DNA of 64,000 nucleotides from Acidimicrobiia bacterium (GTDB taxonomy: Bacteria > Actinomycetota > Acidimicrobiia > Spongiisociales > UBA5794): the NCBI GenBank assembly GCA_036396535.1, contig DASWKR010000035.1, positions 128,944-192,943 on the forward strand, written 5' to 3'. The notes under the pieces are model-generated. The model saw only the letters and a list, made by a program, of their open reading frames with translations, was not told where the DNA came from and made no database searches. A program made the position numbers and the translations under genes. Numbering within the stretch: position 1 is the stretch's first letter; each line of letters opens with the position of its first letter. Positions 38,716 through 47,717 of the stretch are shown here, piece by piece.

Positions 38716-39307
38716 GGTCGTGATCGGAGATGACGGTACCGCCCGATGCTGGTGGGGCGCCTCCACCCCGGACTACGCCGAGTACCACGACCGGGAGTGG
38801 GGACGTCCCGTGGCGGAGGAACGCCTGCTGTTCGAGAAGCTGTGCCTCGAAGGTTTCCAGTCGGGTCTCAGCTGGTTGACCATCCTCCGTCGCCGCCCAG
38901 GGTTCCGCACCGCCTTCCACGGATTCGACCTCGAACGGGTCGCCGCCATGACCGACCGTGACGTCACCCGCCTCCTCGGTGACGAGTCGATCATCCGCCA
39001 CAGGGGGAAGATCGAGTCCACCATCAACAACGCCAAGCGGGCCGTCGAGATCCGGGCCGAGCGCGGGTCGCTGGCCGCATACTTCTGGCCGTGGGAGCCG
39101 CCTGGGGCGCGCCCGAAGCTCGAACCGACGAGCCAGGAGTCGACGGCGCTCGCCAAGGACCTCAAGAAACGAGGATTCAGCTTCGTCGGGCCGACGACCG
39201 TGTACGCCTTCATGCAGGCGATGGGGATCGTGAACGACCACTTGGAGGCGTGTCATGCGTACGCCGAGGTCGAACGGGAGCGATCGGCGTTCACCCGGCC
39301 GGCGTGA
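38708..39307 (+). CDS. tag: DNA-3-methyladenine glycosylase I
   Basis: RCWWG...YHDxEWG...FEKLCLEGFQSGLSWLTIL pattern of Tag. Its GTG start overlaps the gpsA end. Confidence 0.8.
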   Translation: MYEVVIGDDGTARCWWGASTPDYAEYHDREWGRPVAEERLLFEKLCLEGFQSGLSWLTILRRRPGFRTAFHGFDLERVAAMTDRDVTRLLGDESIIRHRGKIESTINNAKRAVEIRAERGSLAAYFWPWEPPGARPKLEPTSQESTALAKDLKKRGFSFVGPTTVYAFMQAMGIVNDHLEACHAYAEVERERSAFTRPA

Positions 39308-39327
39308 CGCCGCCGGCGCTGTGGACG

Positions 39328-40392
39328 TCAGGCCGGGTCGCCGACGGCCAGTTGTTGTGCAGCCCTGCTGTGCGCCAGGACGACCTCCATCAGGGCTTGT
39401 ACGTAATCGGGGTCGACGCCGAGCGACACGGCGTCGGCTCGCGCCTCTGCGACGAGCTCCGCCTCCCTCTCGGGAGAGCGCATCGGGAGGCCCCTGGCGG
39501 ACTTGATCCTGGCGATCTCGACCGAGGAGTGCAGCCTGGCGGCGACGAGCCTCACCAGCTCGCGGTCGATCCTGTCGATCTCGTCGCGCAGCGTCGGGAT
39601 GCCGAGCGAATGCATCAGCTCGCGAAAGCCGGCTATGTCCATCTGCCCGCCGTTGCCTGCCATCGCAGATGCCGGCGACGGATGCACCGACACGACGAGG
39701 CCGTCGGCGCCCGCCCCCCGACCGGCCAGCGCCAGCGGTCGGATCAGCTCTGAGCCGGCCCGCCCCGTTCCCGGGTCGATCACGATCGGGAGGTGAGAGA
39801 GGCGCTGCACGACGGGAACGGTCGAGATGTCGAGGGTGTCGGAGGTGCGCGGATCGAATCCGCGGGAGCCTCGTTCGCAGAGGACGACTTGGTCGTTGTC
39901 CTCGTTGAGGATGTACTCGGCAGCCATGAGCCACTCGTCGATCGTGGCCGACTGGCCCCGGTGGAGCATCACCGGCTTCTGGGTCGCGCCCGCCACTCGC
40001 AGCAGGACGAAGTTCTGCATGTTGTCCGGGCCGATCTCGATCATGTCGATGTGCTCGGCCACGAGGTCGACGTGCTTCGGCTCGAGTACCTCGGTCACGG
40101 TCGGCAGGTCGCTGGTGCGCCCTGCGTGCTCGAGCTTCCACAAGCCGTCCTCACCGAGGCCCTTGAACCCGTACGGGGACGTCTCCGCCCTGTAGGTGCC
40201 GCCCCTCAGCATCGAAGCACCGGCTTCTGCGGCGGCGGCGGCGACCGCATCGATCTGCTCTTCGGATTCGACCGCCACCGGACCCGCGATGACCGGGTAC
40301 GAGCCGTCACCGAAGCGGACGTTCCCGGCGACGACGATCGTCGTCTCGGCCGTCGACTTCCTGTGGCTCTTGAGTTGCGGGGTCTCGCTCAT
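39328..40392 (-). CDS. 3-deoxy-7-phosphoheptulonate (DAHP) synthase, type I-beta, with C-terminal chorismate mutase (AroQ) domain
   Basis: The DAHPS/KDO8PS-family core (VIAGPVAVESEEQ...LRGGTYRAETSPYGFKGLG...LPIVIDP) is followed by a CM_2-like domain (EIDRIDRELVRLVAARLHSSVEIARIK). Confidence 0.8.
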   Translation of the reverse strand: MSETPQLKSHRKSTAETTIVVAGNVRFGDGSYPVIAGPVAVESEEQIDAVAAAAAEAGASMLRGGTYRAETSPYGFKGLGEDGLWKLEHAGRTSDLPTVTEVLEPKHVDLVAEHIDMIEIGPDNMQNFVLLRVAGATQKPVMLHRGQSATIDEWLMAAEYILNEDNDQVVLCERGSRGFDPRTSDTLDISTVPVVQRLSHLPIVIDPGTGRAGSELIRPLALAGRGAGADGLVVSVHPSPASAMAGNGGQMDIAGFRELMHSLGIPTLRDEIDRIDRELVRLVAARLHSSVEIARIKSARGLPMRSPEREAELVAEARADAVSLGVDPDYVQALMEVVLAHSRAAQQLAVGDPA

Positions 40393-40428
40393 GGATGCTC
40401 CTGATGTTGGAGGCCCCGGACAACAAGA

Positions 40429-40456
40429 AGCCCGAAGCCTCGTCCGGCTTCGGGCT
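40429..40456. terminator. 11-bp perfect stem hairpin AGCCCGAAGCC-tcgtcc-GGCTTCGGGCT, 35 nt upstream of the aroG-CM start codon
   Basis: Read directly from the sequence; on the minus-strand transcript it is followed by CUUCUUGUUG. Either the terminator of 40624..41121 or an attenuator-type leader for the DAHP synthase gene. Confidence 0.4.
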
Positions 40457-40623
40457 GGTGGTGATGCGTCAGCTGCTCGTCAGCGCGCTTCCTCGGCCCG
40501 GGCCGGCGACCCGGTAAAGACGTACGCGTAGGAGCGTGTGGCTGGCATCTCGGGCAATGTACCGCTCACTCGAGGGCCCGGCAACCTGGGATCTGGGCTC
40601 GCCGTCACGGGATCGGGCGACGA

Positions 40624-41121
40624 CTAGGGGGTCGGAGCCTGTCCGGGACCGCGCCTCCGTACCTCTTCGACGTGCACGAGCGCCTCTCTCAGCTCGGCGA
40701 GCCAGACATCCAGGTTCTTCTCGACCATCCGAACGCACCACGCGAGGGCGTCGCTGCGGCTTCGAGCGACGCCACCGTCGACGAGCGTGTCGAGCACCCG
40801 GCGCTCCGAGAGCCGGAGCCGGGTCATCGCCGGGATCGAGAGATGCGTGAAGAGCACCCCCGTATCGCCGCACCTGGCGCCCCAGCCGACCTTGCGCAGG
40901 TACTTGCCCTCCGCTTCGGCGGCGATGTGCATCCTGGCAGCTCTCGTTTCCTCCCTGTGCTCGTCGATGGCGACCAGCGGGTCGTCGGCGGCGGGGAGCC
41001 TCCCCACCACGAGGATCTCTGCGTCGTCGAACGTGACCTGGACCTCGCCCTCGAACCAGTCCGGGATCCGCTCGGCGAAGAACTCATCCAACTCTGCCTG
41101 TTCCACGGTCGGTCGCTGCAT
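40624..41121 (-). CDS. hypothetical protein
   Basis: 165-aa ORF with a plausible, non-Arg-biased composition; no family recognised. Confidence 0.35.
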   Translation of the reverse strand: MQRPTVEQAELDEFFAERIPDWFEGEVQVTFDDAEILVVGRLPAADDPLVAIDEHREETRAARMHIAAEAEGKYLRKVGWGARCGDTGVLFTHLSIPAMTRLRLSERRVLDTLVDGGVARSRSDALAWCVRMVEKNLDVWLAELREALVHVEEVRRRGPGQAPTP

Positions 41122-41168
41122 GATTACAAGATTACATCGTGCCGCAACCCATGGGAAGCCCCTCCGAG

Positions 41169-41708
41169 TCAGTCTTTCAGGGGCCGGTATGCACCCTGGC
41201 TGTAGACCAGTGGCTCGCCGTCGGCGATCCAGGCGGCATGGACCTCGCCCACATAGATGACGTGGTCACCGGCCGGAAGCGACGCCGTCACGCGGCACTC
41301 CAGCACTGCGAGGGCCCCGGCGAGGTGAGGGAGGCCGGTGACCCCCCGGCTCCAGTCGACACCGTCGAAGCGCTCCCCGTGATCGACGAAGGCGAATCGC
41401 TCCGACAGTCGCTCCTGGCCGGCCGAGAGGATGTTCACCGCCAACATGGCCGACTCTGCCACGAGCTTGGTCGTCTCCTTGTCGACCGCCAGAGAGACCA
41501 GCACGAGATGCGGCTCGAGGGCTACCGAGCAGAACGCCGACACGGTCATCCCACCGATGTCACCACCGAGCGCCGAGGTGACGACAGTCACTCCGCTGGC
41601 GAATCGACTCAGGGTCGATCGAAATGTCTCGCGGTCGAGCCGTACGGGTTCCAACCAGCCACCTCGGCGTGGGAGCTTAGGCAGCGCCGCCACCGCATCC
41701 TCCGGCAT
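41169..41708 (-). CDS. flavin reductase family protein (NADH:FMN oxidoreductase-like)
   Basis: FRSTLSRFASGVTVVTS...GMTVSAFCSVALEPHLVLVSL is the flavin reductase-like domain signature. Confidence 0.7.
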   Translation of the reverse strand: MPEDAVAALPKLPRRGGWLEPVRLDRETFRSTLSRFASGVTVVTSALGGDIGGMTVSAFCSVALEPHLVLVSLAVDKETTKLVAESAMLAVNILSAGQERLSERFAFVDHGERFDGVDWSRGVTGLPHLAGALAVLECRVTASLPAGDHVIYVGEVHAAWIADGEPLVYSQGAYRPLKD

Positions 41709-41711
41709 CCC

Positions 41712-42776
41712 TCACGCTGCGAGCACCCGGCGTGCCGCCGCGACGAGGAGCGGCGCCAGCGCCTCGTAGCGGGCGAACCGTGCATCGGTGGTCTGCCCCC
41801 TCGCATAGCGAGCGAAGATCTGCTCGATGATCACGGCGATCCTGAAGTAGGCCAGCCCCAGGTAATACTCGAAGTCGTCGAGGCGGAAGCCTGCCGCGGC
41901 GGCGTACCGCGCCACCACTTCGTCCTTCGTCATGTAGGGGGTGAGCGTCACCGCCCTCTCCGCGAACACGAGATATGTCGGGTCGGAGGCATCCGCCCAG
42001 TATCCGACGAGCGTCGCCAGGTCGACGAGGGGGTCACCGAGCGTCGCCATGTCCCAGTCGAAGACCGCCACGACCTCGCCGTCGTCGTCGAGCATGGTGT
42101 TGTCGAGCTTGTAGTCGTTGTGGAGAACCACGGAGGCCTGCGGCTCGGGCACACCGCCGCGGAGGGCGTCGAGGACCGGCCCGACGTCCGGGACGTCTCG
42201 GGTCTTGGCGTCCTCCCAGCGCGCCGCCCAGCCCTCGACTTGTCTCGAAACGAAACCTTCGGGGCGGCCGAGGTCGGAGAGCCCGACGTCGGCGGGATCG
42301 ATCCGGTGGAGCCGAGCCAACGTCTCCACGAGGGACTCGGCGGTTCTCCTGCGGGCTGCGGCGCCCTCCCCGAACGCCGCCGGCCATGCGTCCCTCACGA
42401 CGTGGCCCTGGCGACGCTCCATCACGAAGAACGGCTTGCCCATGATGGAAGGGTCGCCGCAGTAGTGCCACGCACGCGGCGCTTGGGGAAACCGGCGCCA
42501 TAGCCGCGACAGGACCTTGTGCTCCCGCGCCATGTCGTGGCCGCCCCTGGCAACGTCCCCGAGCGGAGCGCGACGCAGCACGAGCTCGACGGGACCGGCG
42601 ACCGCCCGGTACGTGAGGTTGGCGGCGCCCCCCGGGAACTGGTCGTACGAGATCGGATGCTCCGCGACGAGGTCGGGCAGCGCCTCCCGCAGATGACGGG
42701 TCACGGCGGCCTCGTCGAAACGCTCCTCGGGGCGGATCGGCGTGGTGTCGGCCGCCCTCATCCGACGGTGCGCCAC
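41712..42776 (-). CDS. phosphotransferase family protein (APH/ACAD10-11-like kinase domain)
   Basis: LSGGAANLTYR-like N-lobe motif, Brenner motif HNDYKLDNTML and DWDMATLGDPLVDLA. Confidence 0.7.
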   Translation of the reverse strand: MAHRRMRAADTTPIRPEERFDEAAVTRHLREALPDLVAEHPISYDQFPGGAANLTYRAVAGPVELVLRRAPLGDVARGGHDMAREHKVLSRLWRRFPQAPRAWHYCGDPSIMGKPFFVMERRQGHVVRDAWPAAFGEGAAARRRTAESLVETLARLHRIDPADVGLSDLGRPEGFVSRQVEGWAARWEDAKTRDVPDVGPVLDALRGGVPEPQASVVLHNDYKLDNTMLDDDGEVVAVFDWDMATLGDPLVDLATLVGYWADASDPTYLVFAERAVTLTPYMTKDEVVARYAAAAGFRLDDFEYYLGLAYFRIAVIIEQIFARYARGQTTDARFARYEALAPLLVAAARRVLAA

Positions 42777-43015
42777 GCGAGCACTACGAGGAGCACGAGC
42801 CCGAGAGCGGGCAGCAACAGCTCGACGAGGTCGCGACCTGCCGAGACGCGGCGGCGCACCTCGCTCGACGCCAGCTCCCGTCTGAGCACGATGGCGACCC
42901 CGGCGAGGCTCAGCAGAGTGCCGACCACGAGCACGACGATCTGCGCGGCGGTCACGGCGACGAGATTACCGAGGTGGCGACCGTCGGATGCCCCGCAGGT
43001 GGCGCCCGGCGGCAC
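42758..43015 (-). CDS. small hypothetical membrane protein
   Basis: 85-aa ORF with two hydrophobic segments; overlaps the 5' end of the phosphotransferase gene. Weakly supported. Confidence 0.2.
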   Translation of the reverse strand: MPPGATCGASDGRHLGNLVAVTAAQIVVLVVGTLLSLAGVAIVLRRELASSEVRRRVSAGRDLVELLLPALGLVLLVVLAWRTVG

Positions 43016-43038
43016 GTCGTGGGATCACGACCAGCGGA

Positions 43039-43947
43039 TCATGCGAACAGCCGGTCGACCGCCATGGCGGTGAACAGCCCTGCCAGATACACGTTCGAGT
43101 AACCGAAGAACCGCATGGCGTCGCCTGCGTGGGCCATGAGGCCCCGGACCGAGGCGAACAGCCACACTCCGAGGGACAGCGCGGCGCCGAGGTAGATCCA
43201 GCCGACTGCTCCGAGCGGGTACAGCAACAGCGAGACGCCGACGAGGATGATCGTGTAGGCAGACATGTGCTCGATCGTCTGCCGCTCGCCCACCACGACC
43301 GGAAGCATCGGCACGCCCGCTGCGGCGTACTCGTCCTTGTAGCGAAGAGCCAGCGCCCAGAAGTGGGGCGGGGTCCAGAAGAAGACGATGGCGAACATCA
43401 CCCAAGCAGGGAGGGCGAGGGAGTCGGCGACGGCCGCCCACCCGACGAGGACCGGCACCGCACCCGCAGCCCCTCCGATGACGATGTTCTGCGTGGACGA
43501 GCGCTTGAGGAACATCGTGTAGACGACGACGTAGACGAGGAGACCGAGCGTCGAGAGCACGGCGGCCAGCATGTTCGTCGCCTGCCACAGCCAGACGAAC
43601 CCGGCGGCGCCGAGCACGATCCCGAACGCCAGCGCCCGTCCCGGTTCGATGCGGTCGGTCGGGAGCGGCCGGCGCCTCGTCCGATTCATGATCCTGTCGA
43701 TGTCGCGATCGAGGACCTGGTTGATGGCGTTGGCGCCGGCGGCCGAGAGCGTCCCGCCGACCAGTGTGGCGGCAATGAGCCGGCCGCCCGGCCAGCCCCC
43801 CGCAGCGACGAACATGGCGGGAACCGTCGTCACGAGGAGCAGCTCGATGATCCTCGGCTTCGTCAGCTCGAGATAGGCGCGCACGGCCGCCCCGCCCCCG
43901 GACGGGAAGGAGAGCGGATCTGTGAGCCTCACCTGGTCGTCTGTCAC
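43039..43947 (-). CDS. ctaB: protoheme IX farnesyltransferase (heme O synthase)
   Basis: UbiA-family motifs NQVLDRDIDRIMNRTRRRPL and YKDEYAAAGVPMLPVV. GTG start chosen at 43945-43947, overlapping the ctaA stop (GTGA); the track's 599-aa ORF is an Arg-rich upstream over-extension. Confidence 0.8.
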   Translation of the reverse strand: MTDDQVRLTDPLSFPSGGGAAVRAYLELTKPRIIELLLVTTVPAMFVAAGGWPGGRLIAATLVGGTLSAAGANAINQVLDRDIDRIMNRTRRRPLPTDRIEPGRALAFGIVLGAAGFVWLWQATNMLAAVLSTLGLLVYVVVYTMFLKRSSTQNIVIGGAAGAVPVLVGWAAVADSLALPAWVMFAIVFFWTPPHFWALALRYKDEYAAAGVPMLPVVVGERQTIEHMSAYTIILVGVSLLLYPLGAVGWIYLGAALSLGVWLFASVRGLMAHAGDAMRFFGYSNVYLAGLFTAMAVDRLFA

Positions 43948-44876
43948 GGCACGGCCGTCACAGGTGCGCGGATGCTGAGAACACGACTTCCGAGCAGGAT
44001 CGTCGCCACCCAGACGACGTCTGCCGCCAGCAAGTGGAGGATCTGCACCACGAGTGGAGTCAGCAGGGCGATGTTGAGGACGCCGATCCCGATCTGAGCG
44101 AGCACGGTCACCTGGATGACCCGCACGAGGTGGATCGTGTCGGGTCGATCGAGCGAAGGGTGCGCCGCAAGGATGAGTATCCCGACACCGACGACGGCGG
44201 CGACGGCCGGGTGGATCGTCCGCAAGCGGACGAGGAAGTGGGCGGTCGCTGCCAACTCCTGGGTGATCCCGTCCAGCACCGACGCGACGGGGAAGACGGT
44301 GTCGGCGAGAGCGTTGAGAGCGCCCGTCGCTCCCACGACAACCAGCCCCCCCGCCATGGCGGCGACGATCCGCCCCTGTGGCGAGGCCAACGAAGGAGCT
44401 ATCCGGCCACCGCCTCGCGCCAGGTGCAACGCCACCGCGATCGCGGCGAGCAGAAAGAACGTGTTGACGAGGTGGAGTGGGACGATCGTCGCCCTCCCTA
44501 CGGAGGCGTCCGTGCCGACCCATCCGGTCACCACCAGAGTTCGACCGATGAGCGCCTCGACGGTGAGGAGTCCCAGCACCCACCACATCGCCTTGCGCAA
44601 ACCGTCGCCTCGAGACGTGCTCCGCCAGGCGAGCACGGCGACCGTCACCGCCAGGATGCCGAGAACGCCGGTCGCCAGGCGGTGGGAGAACTCGATGATC
44701 GTGTCCGTCCCGGGCGAGATCGGGACGATCTGCCCGACGCACTGCGGCCACGAGGGTCCGCATCCGGCGCCCGAGCCCGTCGCCCTCACGACGGCGCCGC
44801 CGAGCACGACCAGGACCGTGAGGATGAGAAGCGCCCACAGGGAGCCGATGAGCGTACGTCGGTCGCGGGCGTCCAT
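43944..44876 (-). CDS. ctaA: heme A synthase (COX15/CtaA)
   Basis: Start at MDARDRRTLIGSLWALLIL. CtaA-type Cys pair CGPSWPQC in loop 1, conserved His residues in the TM helices, about 8 TM. Confidence 0.75.
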   Translation of the reverse strand: MDARDRRTLIGSLWALLILTVLVVLGGAVVRATGSGAGCGPSWPQCVGQIVPISPGTDTIIEFSHRLATGVLGILAVTVAVLAWRSTSRGDGLRKAMWWVLGLLTVEALIGRTLVVTGWVGTDASVGRATIVPLHLVNTFFLLAAIAVALHLARGGGRIAPSLASPQGRIVAAMAGGLVVVGATGALNALADTVFPVASVLDGITQELAATAHFLVRLRTIHPAVAAVVGVGILILAAHPSLDRPDTIHLVRVIQVTVLAQIGIGVLNIALLTPLVVQILHLLAADVVWVATILLGSRVLSIRAPVTAVP

Positions 44877-44978
44877 CGCAACAAGGCTACCGGCGGCGTC
44901 GTCGGGTTCCGCCGAGGAGTCGGCCGCTCGTCGACACAGGTGGCATAGAATTGGCCCCGCCAGGAGAAAGGAGGGACC

Positions 44979-45071
44979 GTGAAGAAACTTCTCGTGCTCC
45001 TGATGGTGATCGGCATCGTCGCAGCCGTCGTCAAGGTCATGAACGTGGAGACCCACGCCTCGGACGGCTGA
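44979..45071 (+). CDS. candidate micropeptide (30 aa, single TM): MKKLLVLLMVIGIVAAVVKVMNVETHASDG
   Basis: GTG start 4 nt after AAAGGAGGG, in the 208-nt gap divergent from ctaA. Too short for the ORF track. Confidence 0.3.
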   Translation: MKKLLVLLMVIGIVAAVVKVMNVETHASDG

Positions 45072-45084
45072 CCGTCCGGCCGGC

Positions 45085-45999
45085 TCACTCCAGCAAGAAC
45101 GCCTTGATCTGCTTCACGTAGTCATCGGAGCGGGTCATGATCGATTCATGGCCCGCTCCGGTGAGTTCCACCACCCGGTCGCCTCCCACGAGCGAGGCGA
45201 GCTGGCGTTGCGCAGTCGGCGAGACGACGAAGTCGTCCGTGGGGACGATCACCATCGTGTCGACGCCGAGTGACTCGATCCAGAGGCGCGAGTCGAACAG
45301 CCAGGCGGCGCGGCCGATCTCGTAGTGGAGGGTCGGGTCGCGGCGCAACAGGGCGGCGTGCATCCAGCGCTCGTGCTCCGGAAGCAATGCTCCCGTGCGG
45401 GCCATGAGCCGCCGCGAGATGGCGGCGAACTCGTTGCGACTCACCCTCGCCAGCGCCCTGCCGACCCAGAAGGCGGCCCTTGCGAGAGGGCGTCTCCTGT
45501 ACACCGGCCAGGCGGCCGTGGCGCCGAGCACGAGCTTGGTGACCCTGCCCGGGTGGCGCCTCACGAGCTCCTGGGCCACCATTCCACCGAGCGAGTACCC
45601 GAACATCGCGAAGGTCTCGACGCCGATGGCGTCGAGCACGCCGGCGAGGTCGTCTGCCATCCTCTCGACCGTCAGCGGCCCCCTCACCCAGTCCGACTTC
45701 CCGTGGTCGCGATGGTCGGGAACGATGACCCTGAAGTCCTCGGCGAGCGGCTCGATCACCCTGTAGAACGTCATCTCACCGTCGAATCCCCACCCGTGGA
45801 CGAGCACGAGCGGTGGAGATCCGGGGTCGCCGGCCTGGCGGACGAACAGCTCGATGTCTCCGACGAAGACGCTCCTCCCCGGTACCCGGATCGGACGCTC
45901 TTGCGGACCGCGAAACCGCGGCTCGATCTCGGGGCCGAGCAGGCGCCAAGCCATCCACCCGAACCCGAGCCACCAGAGGATCCTGCGCGCAGTCGTCAT
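45085..45999 (-). CDS. alpha/beta hydrolase fold protein
   Basis: HGWGFDG and a nucleophile elbow GYSLGG, with a C-terminal His (AGHESIM). Confidence 0.75.
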   Translation of the reverse strand: MTTARRILWWLGFGWMAWRLLGPEIEPRFRGPQERPIRVPGRSVFVGDIELFVRQAGDPGSPPLVLVHGWGFDGEMTFYRVIEPLAEDFRVIVPDHRDHGKSDWVRGPLTVERMADDLAGVLDAIGVETFAMFGYSLGGMVAQELVRRHPGRVTKLVLGATAAWPVYRRRPLARAAFWVGRALARVSRNEFAAISRRLMARTGALLPEHERWMHAALLRRDPTLHYEIGRAAWLFDSRLWIESLGVDTMVIVPTDDFVVSPTAQRQLASLVGGDRVVELTGAGHESIMTRSDDYVKQIKAFLLE

Positions 46000-46445
46000 C
46001 GTTGCCGTCCATCCAGCGGGTCGGTGGCGAACACGTGGTCCTCAACCGGGATGCCTCCGACGAGGTGCTCGACCACGATCCTCTCCATGACGTCGACGTC
46101 GACCGAGTGGTACCAGACGCCATCCGGGTAGACGACGGCGATCGGGCCTTGCTCGCAGAGGCGTAGGCAGTCGGCCTTGGTCCGCAGCACGCAGCCTCGC
46201 CCCGGCGGCGTCGGCGGCGGCGGTTCACCAACGTTCGTCCCGCGCCACGTCGGCGGCGGCGATGCGATGTCGAGCTCCTTGAGGCGGCGCTTCAGGTGAC
46301 TCCAGACCGCCGATGACTCCTCGTACGTCGAGCATCGCGGTGTCGTCTGCTCGGCGCACAGGAAGATGTGCCGCTCGATCGCGCCGATCGACAGGGCGGC
46401 TGCGATGGCGGCGAGCCGCTCGACGTCTGCATGCTCGTCACTCAT
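45996..46445 (-). CDS. thioredoxin-like [2Fe-2S] ferredoxin family protein
   Basis: [13 protein letters not shown] ... [43 protein letters not shown] matches the TRX-like Fd consensus (C-x4-C ... C-x3-C, GP.v.VYPdGvWY). ATGA-coupled to selD upstream and to the hydrolase downstream. Confidence 0.7.
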   Translation of the reverse strand: MSDEHADVERLAAIAAALSIGAIERHIFLCAEQTTPRCSTYEESSAVWSHLKRRLKELDIASPPPTWRGTNVGEPPPPTPPGRGCVLRTKADCLRLCEQGPIAVVYPDGVWYHSVDVDVMERIVVEHLVGGIPVEDHVFATDPLDGRQR

Positions 46446-47497
46446 GTCACGGTGATCCGTCCCGCCGGACCGTCTGCGAAGTCGCGCCCCACGATCTCAC
46501 CGACGACGGCGCCGGTGACGTTCTCGTCGTGCAGCGCCTGCAGCAGGGCGCCACTGAGGGGGCGGTCGACGGCGATGAGCAGGCCCCCGCTCGTCTGGGC
46601 ATCGGCCAGCACGACCCGAAGCGCCTCCGCCACGCCCGGGGCGAACGTGGTGTACCGCGCCGTGGATGCGATGTTGCGATCGGTGCCCCCCGGCACTACG
46701 CCTTCTGCTGCGAGCTCGACGACGCCGTCGAGGACCGGGACGTCGGCAGCCACGACGACTGCGCTGACGCCGCTCGCCTTGACGATCTCGCCGAGGTGCC
46801 CGAGCAGACCGAATCCGGTGACGTCGGTGGCTGCTCTCACGCCGATCCTCCGCATCGCCCGGGCGGCGCCGTCGTTGAGCGTCGCCATCAGGTCGACCAC
46901 GGCGTCCCGCTGGCCGGGGAGCACCCGGTCGCGCTTGATGGCGGTGGTGATGATCCCCGTACCCAGGGCCTTGGTGAGCACCAGGACGTCGCCCACCTTG
47001 GCTGCGGCGTTCGTGACGACTTCGTCGGGATGCACCAGGCCGGTGACGGCCATGCCGTACTTCGGCTCGTCGTCGTCGATCGAGTGGCCGCCGAGAAGCG
47101 TGCAACTGGCTGTGGAGAGCACATCGACGCCTCCTCGCATCACTTCGCCCAGCATGTCGAGCGGCAGCTTGTCCCTCGGCCAGGCGACGATCTGGAGGGC
47201 GGTCAGGGGGGTTCCACCCATGGCGTAGACGTCGGAGAGCGCATTGGCCGCCGCGATCCGACCCCAGTCGTAGGGCTCGTCGACAACCGGCGTGAAGAAG
47301 TCGACCGTCTGCACGAGGGCGACGTCGTCGGTGAGCCGGTAGACACCCGCGTCGTCGCTACCACCGATCCCGACGATGAGGTCCGGGTGGCTGACGGGAC
47401 CCATGTTGTGCAAAGGGCGCAAGACTTGCGCCAACTCGTCAGGACCGAGCTTGCATGCTCAACCGGCCCCGTGCGAGTAAGCCGTCAACCGCTCCAC
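46442..47497 (-). CDS. selD: selenide, water dikinase (selenophosphate synthetase) SelD, selenocysteine-containing; Sec codon UGA at 47459-47461
   Basis: The track ORF (46442..47434) begins at a TTG just after an in-frame TGA. Reading through gives [29 protein letters not shown]..., matching the E. coli SelD N-terminus ([18 protein letters not shown]). GTG start at 47495-47497 with AAGGAGG upstream. The rest is canonical SelD (DDAGVY, AIR-synthase-related fold). Confidence 0.8.
47417..47433 (-). other. SECIS-like stem-loop (GGCGCA-AGUCU-UGCGCC) 25 nt downstream of the selD UGA
   Basis: 6-bp GC stem with a G/U-containing apical loop in mRNA sense, at a distance compatible with bacterial SECIS elements. 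Confidence 0.35.
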
Positions 47498-47670
47498 GGC
47501 CACCTCCTTCCGCGGCCGAGTGTATGCAGCACCCAGGCGCCGCAGGCTCGGGGCGCGCCGATACGGCGATCGGATTCGAGGGGGTGGTTGCGGCTGCGGA
47601 GGTGACCCAACTCGACGCAGTCCCGAGCGGTTCTCTAAGATCCTGCGACTCGGTATGCTCATTCCGAGTA

Positions 47671-47710
47671 ATATGCAGGCCCCCTCGTCCCCCCTGGGGG
47701 GCCTGCATAT
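47671..47710. terminator. strong hairpin ATATGCAGGCCCCC-loop-GGGGGCCTGCATAT (14-bp stem)
   Basis: Immediately downstream of the 47718..48257 minus-strand gene and upstream of the selD promoter region; a second short hairpin ACTCGG-N10-CCGAGT sits at 47648-47669. Confidence 0.5.
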
Positions 47711-47717
47711 TCTGCTT

